Origin: Mobula hypostoma
Taxonomy: Eukaryota
Direction of reading: 5' to 3'
Length of the DNA: 64,000 bases
Assembly: GCF_963921235.1 (NCBI RefSeq)
Contig: NC_086097.1
Coordinates: 22,756,001-22,820,000 of the forward strand
In this document: one piece after another, positions 14,751 to 24,400 of the stretch
Numbering within the stretch: the first letter of the stretch is position 1
Layout: each line of letters begins with the position of its first letter
Position numbers and translations under genes: made by a program
The notes under the pieces: generated by a model
Told to the model about the DNA's origin: nothing
Seen by the model: only the letters and a program-made list of their open reading frames with translations
Databases searched by the model: none

Positions 14751-14762
14751 CTTCCCCCCTTT
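14751..14762 (-). other. Polypurine tract (AAAGGGGGGAAG)
   Basis: cttccccccttt directly abuts the 3' LTR. Confidence 0.9.
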
Positions 14763-14923
14763 AAGGATTTTTACCGGGAGGTAAAAATTACAAACATGAA
14801 TACATTATTTGATACATACACAAATATACATCTTTATCAGCTATTTGGCTAACACAGCGAGTCTGAAGCTGTCAACACCTTGACAGACAGTCATCGCATT
14901 TTCTGTTCCTTTTACACGTGTTA

Positions 14924-15682
14924 TTAATAATCCCTTAGACCAGGCTCCAACTCAGCAAACTTCATAGTGGCCAAAAACACTGATGAATTGCGACCAATGT
15001 AACCTCTCATTTGGTTTTGTCCCGGACCACAATAACAAGGGTCGTCCCATTCCGACTCAGTTTTCTCTCGCAAGGGCTTAGTAGGAGGGGGACGGGTATT
15101 GACCGCAGAGTTATTGCAAAACTTCCTGCAGTACCCCACCATCTCCAAGAGCCTTCTGAGGGCCCTCTTGTCTGTCGGGGTTGGGAGGTCAGCAATAGCC
15201 TGCACTGTAGCTTGCATCGCTGCCAGCTGCCCCTGTGTCACCTCAATTCCCAGGTAAGTGACCTTCGTGTGGCCGAATTCATTTTTTTCAAGGTTCACTA
15301 TCAAACTGGCTTCAGACAGCCGTATTAAATTGCCAATACACACCTCTGTGTTCATCAGCCCTTTAGTCACTGAATTACTCATTATATATGAATGTTCTTT
15401 ACTGGGCTGCCCTATTGTAACAAACATCACCCAACGTCCCAGTTCTTTGCATTTCCTCGGGACAATCAAACACACGGGTGCGAGTCGTTTAATTACTTCT
15501 TCTAAAGATTCGCTTTGTTCGGGGATTAAGGGAGAGACCTTATCAGTAGACCTGGCCAAAACAATAGCCTTCTCCCATCTGACCGATCCCATCCTAATCT
15601 TTTCAAAATGGTTTTTTCCTCTTATCAGGGGGCCCCTAGCTTCATTGATTTCCACGCTAACACCGACTAGGTTTGTTAGCAT
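14924..15682 (-). pseudogene. pol: Decayed pol remnant (RT palm and thumb fragments, no YxDD)
   Basis: VNLEKNEFGHTKVTYLG...VQAIADLPTPTDKRALRRLLEMVGYCRKFC matches the gypsy RT thumb. The catalytic YIDD position reads VCIGN. An RNase H end-like HVKGTEN follows the stops. Confidence 0.85.
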
Positions 15683-15702
15683 ATCAAAAGCCGGTGACCA
15701 TC

Positions 15703-17853
15703 TCAGTTCGCGTCGGTCATGATCAATAACATTCTTCCCCCGGGCAGCCGGTAAATCTCTTTCATGATTCCACCAACTGTTTCCTCCAGCACCGCAAAAT
15801 GTCCACCGGGGGGTACCTCGTGGGCCATGTTAAAAACCTCATCCCCATAACTTTTTTGCACCACCCCCCATTCCTCATCTGTGGGTACTGTACTTGATTT
15901 CCCTTTTCTCCTTAGCACTTCCTCCTCCCCACAATAGCCTACTAGTTCCCTTGTTAAAGCTGTGTCAGAGAGAGCTGCCTCTGCCAAAACCATCAGCCCC
16001 TCGTCTCGCTCCGGCGTCTGCACAAATTCTTTCCTGGCTACTGCTACGTCTGTCCCAGCTCCCTCACTACCTCTTGTCTCACTACACCCCGTCTCATACA
16101 AGGTTGGCAGAAATGTTTCAGCTAAATTCACTATCGCGGGCCCGTGATGAACCTGTGAGTCCATGGGCGGGGCCTCAATGCTGGCAGGCTGACCTGTCAA
16201 TCTCACGACTGGGAACACGATTCCTCCGGCGATGTCATTACCGAGCAAGACTTCCACGTCTTTCATCGGTAATTCGGACCTCACCCCGATCGTGACTAGT
16301 CCAGAGACCAGGTTGCTCTGTAAGTGTATCTGGTGCAAAGGGACTGACTCTGTCCCTTCCCCAACACCTTTGACCTCTACCTCCCCAGTCTGGGTCTCTG
16401 AGCTAAACTCTAATACACTCTTCAGTATTAGTGACTGACACGCTCCCTTGTCTCTCCAGATCCGCACTGGAACTGGTTTTAACCTCTCCTTCACTGACAC
16501 CAATCCGGCCGAGATAAACCTCTCGCGCCCTTCCTGGACTTTTTCAGACCTGTCCTTCCCTAGCGGTTCGCTTAACAGCTCAATACAGCCATTCAACATT
16601 TCCGCTTTTCCTTTCCCCGTCTCCTTCCTTGGGGCAAAGCACCTGGATGCAAAGTGTCCAACTTTCCCACAATTATAACAGACGACCCCAGGAGCCTTCC
16701 TACCAGACTGCTCCCGGTCTACCTTATCCTTTTCACTAGTCCCCGGCTTACTTTCTGACTTTTCCGGCGGACTCTCCCCTCCGTCCTGACTACCCTTCTG
16801 GTAGCCTTTACTCGGAGCAAACTTCATTTTATGCGTCAACGCATACTCATCCGCTAACTTAGCAGTTGCGGCTAACGTGGCTGCCTCTTTCTCATCGAGG
16901 TAGGGTCTCATACCCTCAGGGACACAACCTTTAAACTGCTCAATCAGGATCAGTTGTAGCAGTCTGTCATAATCCCCCTCTACCCCCTTTGAGGCGCACC
17001 AACGCTCACAATATGTCTGCATCTCACGGGCAAACTCCAAATACGTGCGGTCCCACCGCTTCCTCGCATTCTGGAACCTCTGCCGGTATGCCTCCGGGAC
17101 CAACTCATAAATCCTGAGGATGGCCTCTTTCACCACCTCATACCTCTGGGCATCTTCCGCGGATGAAGCGGAGTAAGCTTGTTGGGCCTTCCCTTTCAGT
17201 ACACTCTGAAGTAAAACAACCCACTTATCCCTCGGCCATTCCTGACTTATAGCCACTTTTTCGAAGTGGAGGAAGTACCGATCCACGCCGGTATCGTCAA
17301 ATGGGGGAACCAGCCTAACCTCCTGGGTCGCCCGGAACCCTCCACCTTGGTTCGGCACGAGCCCCTGCTCAGCCCTTATCTTTAACTTCTCCAGCTCAAA
17401 TTCCCTTTCCCTCTGTTTCCCTCTCTCTTCTCGCTCCCATTGCCTCTCTTTCTCCTCTCTCTCTAACTGTCTGTCCCTCTCTTTCTCTTCTCTCTCCAAC
17501 TGTCTTTCTCTCTCTTGCCTTTCCACCTCTTTCTCTCTCTCCTGCCTTTCTAACTGCTTCTCTTCGTGTTCTAACTGCCGTACCCGGAACTCGTGCTCGA
17601 GTCTCAGTTTTTCAAGCTGTACCTGTACCGTGTCTCCAGCAGGTTTTTCAATAGACACCACCACCAGCTCACCTTGGGGAAACACACCTTTAGATACATA
17701 GTGCTCTACAATAGCTCTGTGTATCTCCTCTCTCCTCATTGTCGACTTCACCTTAGCAAGATTCAACCGTTTGGCCACAGCTATCAATTCCGATTTCCTG
17801 GCATCCTCTAATGCCTCCAAAGTCAGCGCCTTTATAAATTCCTCAGCCTCCAT
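15703..17853 (-). CDS. gag: Gag (coiled coil, SCAN/capsid-like domain, CCHC knuckle) fused to a protease-like domain and a partial integrase Zn-finger, 716 aa
   Basis: Uninterrupted ORF. Motifs: LVPPFDD..VDRYFLHFEKVA, YELVPEAYRQRF, LILIEQF (Gmr1/SCAN-like capsid); CYNCGKVGHFASRC; WRDKGA...LLGND (protease-like); MAHEVPPGGHF (integrase HH). Confidence 0.9.
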   Translation of the reverse strand: MEAEEFIKALTLEALEDARKSELIAVAKRLNLAKVKSTMRREEIHRAIVEHYVSKGVFPQGELVVVSIEKPAGDTVQVQLEKLRLEHEFRVRQLEHEEKQLERQEREKEVERQERERQLEREEKERDRQLEREEKERQWEREERGKQREREFELEKLKIRAEQGLVPNQGGGFRATQEVRLVPPFDDTGVDRYFLHFEKVAISQEWPRDKWVVLLQSVLKGKAQQAYSASSAEDAQRYEVVKEAILRIYELVPEAYRQRFQNARKRWDRTYLEFAREMQTYCERWCASKGVEGDYDRLLQLILIEQFKGCVPEGMRPYLDEKEAATLAATAKLADEYALTHKMKFAPSKGYQKGSQDGGESPPEKSESKPGTSEKDKVDREQSGRKAPGVVCYNCGKVGHFASRCFAPRKETGKGKAEMLNGCIELLSEPLGKDRSEKVQEGRERFISAGLVSVKERLKPVPVRIWRDKGACQSLILKSVLEFSSETQTGEVEVKGVGEGTESVPLHQIHLQSNLVSGLVTIGVRSELPMKDVEVLLGNDIAGGIVFPVVRLTGQPASIEAPPMDSQVHHGPAIVNLAETFLPTLYETGCSETRGSEGAGTDVAVARKEFVQTPERDEGLMVLAEAALSDTALTRELVGYCGEEEVLRRKGKSSTVPTDEEWGVVQKSYGDEVFNMAHEVPPGGHFAVLEETVGGIMKEIYRLPGGRMLLIMTDAN

Positions 17854-17929
17854 TTCTGCTGTTTGTCTTTTCTTTCTTTCAGGAATTTTAACCCAATCAA
17901 TTTACTCCGTCCCAAATTTAGCGTTCAAA

Positions 17930-17947
17930 ATCCCGGACGAGCCCCCA
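17930..17947 (-). other. Primer binding site, tRNA-Pro
   Basis: Minus strand TGGGGGCTCGTCCGGGAT, the canonical 18-nt Pro PBS, 4 nt inside the 5' LTR. Confidence 0.93.
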
Positions 17948-17951
17948 CTTA

Positions 17952-18814
17952 TGTTACGTACCCCGTAACTGGGTTGCCAAGCCAACAGAAATGGATCACT
18001 CAGTTGGAGTCTGGAGTACTAGAACTAAGAAAGTTTTATTAAAGAAATAAGCAACACAGTAATCGAAAAGATAATAAATGCAACAGTTCAGCAATGATAA
18101 ACACACATGTGCACAGAATTAAGATAACAGGATCAATCAAGCTCTATCGTTGTCTAGGGGTAAATGACCAAATTTCAAAGTGACTCAAAGTTCAGTCCAG
18201 TTTAGTAGTTCAGTTCGCAGTAATCGTTGCCATGGCGATGGACAACGTGGGGGGAGAGAGTGAGGGAACAGGAACAACTGATCATTCAGACACGGCTTCA
18301 CTCACAGACCGGCGAGATGGCTCACAAGTAACTTTTGGGCGGGTCCTTGGTGATGTCACCTGAGGTCACCGACTGTGACCCCCTCCTCCAGATGCGGTCG
18401 ATCCTCTGCAGTGAACCCGGCACCCAGGCAAGGGCGGACACACACCGGGTTCCCGCTGATCGTACCTTTCCACCCTGACCGTTGTCTGATACTTCTCACC
18501 GACTCGTGAGAGGCGTGCCGCTTCCAGGGTCTCGTTACCTCGGGTGTCGTGTGTGTCCTGCCTTAGCGAACCGGTCCCTTTTTATCCCCCTGCTGGTGTA
18601 TTGTCTGTCTATCACTTCAAACAGTTCAGGGTTCAAAGGGGGAGCCGCTCCAGACAGCTCTCTCTCCCACGTCCCTTCATTACACATCTCCAGTCGCTGC
18701 TCCATTGTTCCTTATCTCTCCTTCCCCTGAGGGCAGGTGGCAGACCACTTGCTGATGTCACTGATGCTAACCTAGGCCAGCAAACATCTTAATTTTATGT
18801 GTATTCTCGTCACA
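17952..18814 (-). repeat. 5' LTR
   Basis: 863-bp direct repeat of 13888-14750. Confidence 0.95.
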
Positions 18815-19942
18815 GTCTAAACAACTGAACCTCTTGACTATGTCTGCGTACTTTTATACATTAAGTCATGATTTGTTGATTAGATATTTGCATTAAAGAG
18901 CAGCTGTGCAGGAGTACCTAATAAAGTGGCTATTGAGTGTAAGTTTGCCAGTGTAGTCAGTTCACTTGTGATGCTTGGAGTTTTCAAATCTTTGACTTTT
19001 TTTTTTGACTTGACTGCAGTAAATCAGTTCCTGATTAAAGGATTTACTCTGTAATTCAAGGAATTGCTCTTTTCCCTAGTAAAGCACGCCATTTTCAAAA
19101 GATTTTGCACTGCAAAAATGATCTTGTTTGCTGAAGCAAGTCCCAGATATCAAAGAGATTAGATTTGTTATTTATCACAATGGCTTTGCCAGTCACTTAT
19201 TTATTGCAGTCCTGTTTACATGGAATCCAGCAATGCCACTGCAATAGCAGAGTTCCCTTAGAACAAATAATAATAGCAAATTTATTTTGGAAACTATGAA
19301 TTATCTCCATCCATTAGCCTGCATGATGTGAGATTTTCTCAAATGAATGCAAGTCTTTGTACAAACTTAAACAAATATATTCAGGGCACAGATTTTAAAT
19401 TGCTCCTTGATGCCCTTTAAGTATCTAGTTTCTTTGGCAATTTGCAATCTTATATTTCTTTAACCTTTTTTTAAAAAAAAATCAGGCATATCTTTTGTTT
19501 CAGTTGTTTGCTGAATGATCAAATTTAAGCAAAGGCAGCAGTGTGACATGGTAGTTTGGATTTGTGTTTGTAGAAGCTACAGAGAAGCAAAGAATGAATG
19601 TATTCTGCAAAAGACCATATGATATAGGAGCAGAATTAAAAGGTTAATTAAAAGGTTCAGAGGAGCAGGTTAAAAGGCCAGCATAGCATTGTGGGCCAAA
19701 GGGCCCCAATACTGTGCTGTATTGTTCTATGAATCAGAAGGGGCAAGTCACTAAGTTGTTCTTGTTCCACTACATTACAGTACTGTGCAAAATTCTTAGA
19801 TGCGTGTATATATATAAAACATAGAAAACCTACAGCACAATACAGGCCCTTCGGCCCACAAAGTTGTGCCGAACATGTCCCTACCTTAGAAATTATTGGA
19901 CTTCCCCATAGCCCTCTATTTTTCTAAGCTCCATGTACCTAT

Positions 19943-20500
19943 TTCCTGAGGAGACTGAGGTCCTTTAACATCTGCCGGATGATGCTGAGGATGTCCTACA
20001 AGTCTGTGGTGGCCAGTGCGATTATGTTTGCTGTTGTGTGCTGGGGCTGCAGGCTGAGGGTAGCAGACACCAACAGAATCAACAAACTCATTCGTAAGGC
20101 CAGTGATGTTGTGGGGATGGAACTGGACTCTCTGACGGTGGTGTCTGAAAAGAGGATGCTGTCCAAGTTGCATGCCATCTTGGTCAATGTCTCCCATCCA
20201 CTACATAATGTACTGGGTGGGCACAGGAGTACATTCAGCCAGAGACTCATTCCACCAAGATGCAACACAGAGCGTCATAGGAAGTCATTCCTGCCTGTGG
20301 CCATCAAACTTTACAACTCCTCCCTTGGAGGGCCAGACACCCTGAGCCAATAGGCTGGTCCTGGACTTATTTCCTGGCATAATTTACACATTACTATTTA
20401 ACTATTTATGGTTTTATTACTATTTAATTATTTATGGTGCAACTGTAATGAAAACCAATTTCCCCCGGGATCAATAAAGTATGACTATGACTATGACTAT
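19943..20500 (+). mobile_element. 3' fragment of a Rex1/Babar-type LINE nested in a CR1 3' fragment
   Basis: ORF 19979-20353 (YKSVVASAIMFAVVCWG...HPLH...RKSFLPVAIKLYN); (TATGAC)n tail; ctat at both junctions. Confidence 0.85.
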
Positions 20501-20704
20501 CCAAAAGTCTCTTAAAAGATGCTATCGTATATATTACTAGTGTGTCTCAGTATATTACAGTACTGCATGTAATAAAAGGAAAACATGTTTAAAACACTCA
20601 GCAAATCAAACAGCATCTGTGGAATGAGAAAGGGTTAAATGTTGTAGTTCTCAGCATTGTCTCAGAACTGGGAAAATGAGGAAAATGTTAGCTTTCATTA
20701 CAAT

Positions 20705-21460
20705 GTTACGTTAAAGTTGTATAAGACGTTGGTGAGGCCTAATTTAGAGTATTGTGTGAAGTTCCGGTCATCTGCCTACAGGAAATGGATCTATAAGTTT
20801 GAAAGAGTACAGAGAAAATTTACAAGAATGTTGCTATGACTTGAGGACCTGAGTTATATGGAAAGGTTCTTTCTTTCTTTTTAAATCTTTTTATTGAGTC
20901 AGTATACAAAAAAGGTAAGCCATATAAACATTAATACAATGTTAAAGTATAATAAAATTCCAAAAGATAACAATACCAAAAAGAAAATACTACAAACAAT
21001 GTAATTTAAGCATAAGAAACCAAGATAACATAATAGTATACTAGATTTTATATATATCAATGGAAAAAAAGAAAAAAAAAACCCCCAAAAAAAACCCACC
21101 GTGCAACTAACTAAAAGCAAAGCAAAGCAATGGGCTAACTTGAAACCAAACAGAGTTAAACTTAAAATCACGTCCTCAATCCCGACCTCCATTAAAACAG
21201 TGAAAAAAAAACAAGAAGGGTAAATATTATATGGAAAGGTTAAACAGGTTTGGACTTCATTCCCTAGAGCGTAGGAGAATGAGGGCAGATTTGATAGCGG
21301 TGTTTTTATATATATTACAAGGGCTGTAAGGGAGGGTAAATGCAAACAGGCTTTTCCATTGAGGGTAGGTAAGACTAGCACTTCGGCCACAGGTTAAAGG
21401 TGAAAGGTAGAATATTTAAGGAGAACATGAGGGATAATTTCTTTACTCAGAGGGTGGTAC
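20705..21460 (+). mobile_element. CR1 LINE 3' fragment, interrupted
   Basis: LYKTLVRPNLEYCVKF...ERVQRKFTRM and downstream CR1 C-terminal sequence. Confidence 0.8.
20869..21226 (-). mobile_element. 5'-truncated non-LTR insertion (L1/Tx1-like 3' UTR) with (GAAA)n tail and 15-bp TSD
   Basis: Perfect TSD ttatatggaaaggtt at 20854-20868 and 21227-21241; AATAAA before the tail. The clade call is tentative. Confidence 0.75.
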
Positions 21461-24400
21461 TCTACAACTCTTTGCTGAGAAGATGGAGGGGGGATAGATA
21501 GAATAAGGGAATATTTTTGATAGGATGAGACCAAATGAGTTAATACAGTAGTTAGAATCAGAATAAATACATAAAAGGAACTCCATGCAAATCCTAATTA
21601 CTAATTTGCAACCTTGCAAGAGACTCCAGTAAAGAGGTTTATTTGCATTCATCGTGGCATTTTGGTTTGGTGACTGTTACACAGGACTCTGTCCAATTAT
21701 AAGGCCGTGGTCTTCTATCTGTGATGGGTGCTCTGACTTTCTTTTAATAAGGTCAGTGCTCCTGTTTATCCGTGAAGCCTAAAAATTGTGACACGTTGTC
21801 ATCCAGGCCATCTGCTACAGATCATAATTCTTGACCATTGAATAGATTGTTATGTATTCAGCTCCTGAAAAAGGTCATGATGTAGCAACAAGGAACACCA
21901 TCACCAGCACAAAAGTTAAGGCTGTGGCTGGCTCACATAATTGAACAACTGATTTATTTACATCCTTGATGTCCCATGGTGAAGATTTTTGTTTTGATGA
22001 AGGGAAGCACCGTATTTCGATGCAAGCGTACCTGAAGTAATATTTTAGCTTACTCATTCATGATTCAATCAGAGATTCTCTTTTTTCTTATGGATGACTA
22101 CCGAGTGTTAAGGAAAACATAAGGCATTATGCAGAGAGATTCATATCAAAGAACTTGCTGCTTTGATAATATATAATGGCTGAATCAATAAAAGTGCAAC
22201 CAACTTCCTCCTAGACTTGCGATGGACTTGTCTATTTACCATTCCATTAAGGTTATTAGTAAGGCTGAGAAATTGCTAATGTCTTGGTGGTATAAAGCTA
22301 ATGAATTCCTGCTGAGTTACCTTGCAGATTTGCAGGAAACAGGAAATATAAATCATTCCCACAAGGGTTGAAAGAGAAAAAGCATTGTATATTATCAATA
22401 AGACCATAATGCTTTGAAACAGAATTAGGCCATTCTGCCCATTGAGTCTGCTTTGCTATTCGATCATGTTTTCCCTCTCAACTCCATTTCCTTGCCTTCT
22501 CTCCATAATCTTTGATGCCCTGACTAATGAAGTACCTATCAATGTGTGCTTTAGATACACCCAATGATTTAGCTCAACAATTGGCGGGTTCATTATAAAA
22601 GTAGCAGTTCTTCTCTCACTCTAGGGCAAAGCAACCGGTGCCTGAAGTTTCCTTAGTCCTAGTTTTGTTCCACCTTTAAATTATGACTTGCTGGTTTCTA
22701 CGAATCTGTGCACCATACAGTTATTTATTTATTTCTTTAACGTTACTGTACGGACTAGGCCCTTCCTTCCGGCCCTTTGACCCGCAGCACCCCAGCAAAC
22801 CCTGACAACCCCAATTTCACCCTAACCTAATCATGGGACAATTTGCATTGGCCAGTTAACCTACCCTTTATATCTTTTGACTGTGGGAGGAAACTGGAGT
22901 ACCCAGGGACAACCCATGCATTCCATCTGGGAGGCGTACAGAGGCTCCTCACGGACGGCTGCGGAATTGAGTTCTGATGCCCCAGGCTGTAATACTGCTT
23001 CACTAATTGCTACACTACCCTGGTGCCCCACAGTTAAACAGCGCCTCTGTGAAGAGAAGGTGTGGAATGTATTTGATGACACTATTGCCACTTCTGTGTT
23101 TTTAGATTTATGGAGGAGCCCACTTTCTGGTGACTGTATTTTCTATTTACCCTGGCTCAAGTGAAGTTGTATAGTTTCCAACAAACTCCCGTCCTGATGA
23201 AGGATCTCAGCCCTCAGTTCTTAAAATCTGTCAAATTAAGGAGAAGATGAATATAGTGGACGTAGTGGTCACTTGAAAACAAACCAAAACTGTTCAGAGA
23301 CTTGAGTATGGGGTTGACACTGTGTGACATGCTTTCCACAATAATGAACTTCCAAATCAAGATCCTTTGTTACAAAGCCAGCAAAGACAAACAATTTTGT
23401 AGCAATAAGAAACTAGTGAAACTAAAACTAGTGATATAATGAAATAAGCGGCATAAATCAGCAATTGAATAGCTGTCAACCCAAAAAAATCACCCGTCTC
23501 TAACTAGACTAAGCTGAATATGGTGGAGCAGACTCGATGGGCCGAAAGGCCTAATTCTGTTCCTGTGTCTTATGGTCTAATATTGGAAGCTGAATTCAAC
23601 ATGGATATATAAGAAATAAAAACAGAAAATTGTGAAAAATACTCAGAGGTTGGGAAGATTCAATGGAAAGTGAAACAAAGTTCACATTTAGTGATGAAGG
23701 TCTTTCATTAAAACTGAATGAAATGCATGTAATGAATTGCAGGAATCTGATATATTGATTTAACTTTAAGGCTGCCTTGCTAAAACTGACACATTGAATC
23801 ATTTATAGCAGTCACTGCCATCAGCTATTTTTACAAGAGATTTCCCATCCGGCAGTAGATATGGTCTTGTAATCAACTCAGTCATGTTCTAACTGCCTGG
23901 AAATTCCACCTTTCCCTAACAGGGTGCCAACAATCCTTTAGATCATTGGCCGTAAACGGGAGACTTTGATTGTTGCATATTTGTCTCGAGACTGGATATT
24001 CAAGAGTCAAGATTCAAGATTCTTTAATATCATTTCCAGAACACAAATGTAAAGAAGAACAAAATAGTTGTTACTCTGAATCCAATGTAGCACAAAATAA
24101 AAATACAATGAGATAAAGAGCACAATAATAAAAAAAAACACAATATATATAAATATATAAGATAGCTTATATACATAGACTGATTGTATGTACATAAAGT
24201 GACATTACGTACAGGAGTGTCTGTACATAATGTGACTGATAGGAAATGATAAAGTGGTGGTGGTTGTGAGTATGGAGGGGTGGGGTAGTGGGTGGAGGTG
24301 TTGATCAGCCTTACTGCTCGGGGAAAGTAACTGTTTTTGAGTCGTGGTCCTGGCATGGATGCTACATAGTTTCCTTCCTGATGGAAGCGGGACAAACAGT

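Larger units (their letters stand above)
13888..18814 (-). mobile_element. Gmr1-like Ty3/gypsy LTR retrotransposon, internally deleted and non-autonomous, 4927 bp
   Basis: Two 863-bp direct LTRs bounded by TG...CA; 4-bp TSD gtct (13884-13887, 18815-18818); tRNA-Pro PBS; PPT; gag ORF; pol remnants in PR-IN-RT order. Confidence 0.95.
13535..18941 (-). mobile_element. Non-autonomous Tc1-like element (same family as 3095-3642), split by the LTR retrotransposon
   Basis: Left part 13535-13887 and right part 18815-18941 join into the family sequence (...atgtttggtct|aaacaactgaacctc...). HTH remnant MGNKCDLDDLDNGLIVGTRQGGLSTSETADLLG. Ends tacactcattgg / tattgagtgta. Confidence 0.85.
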
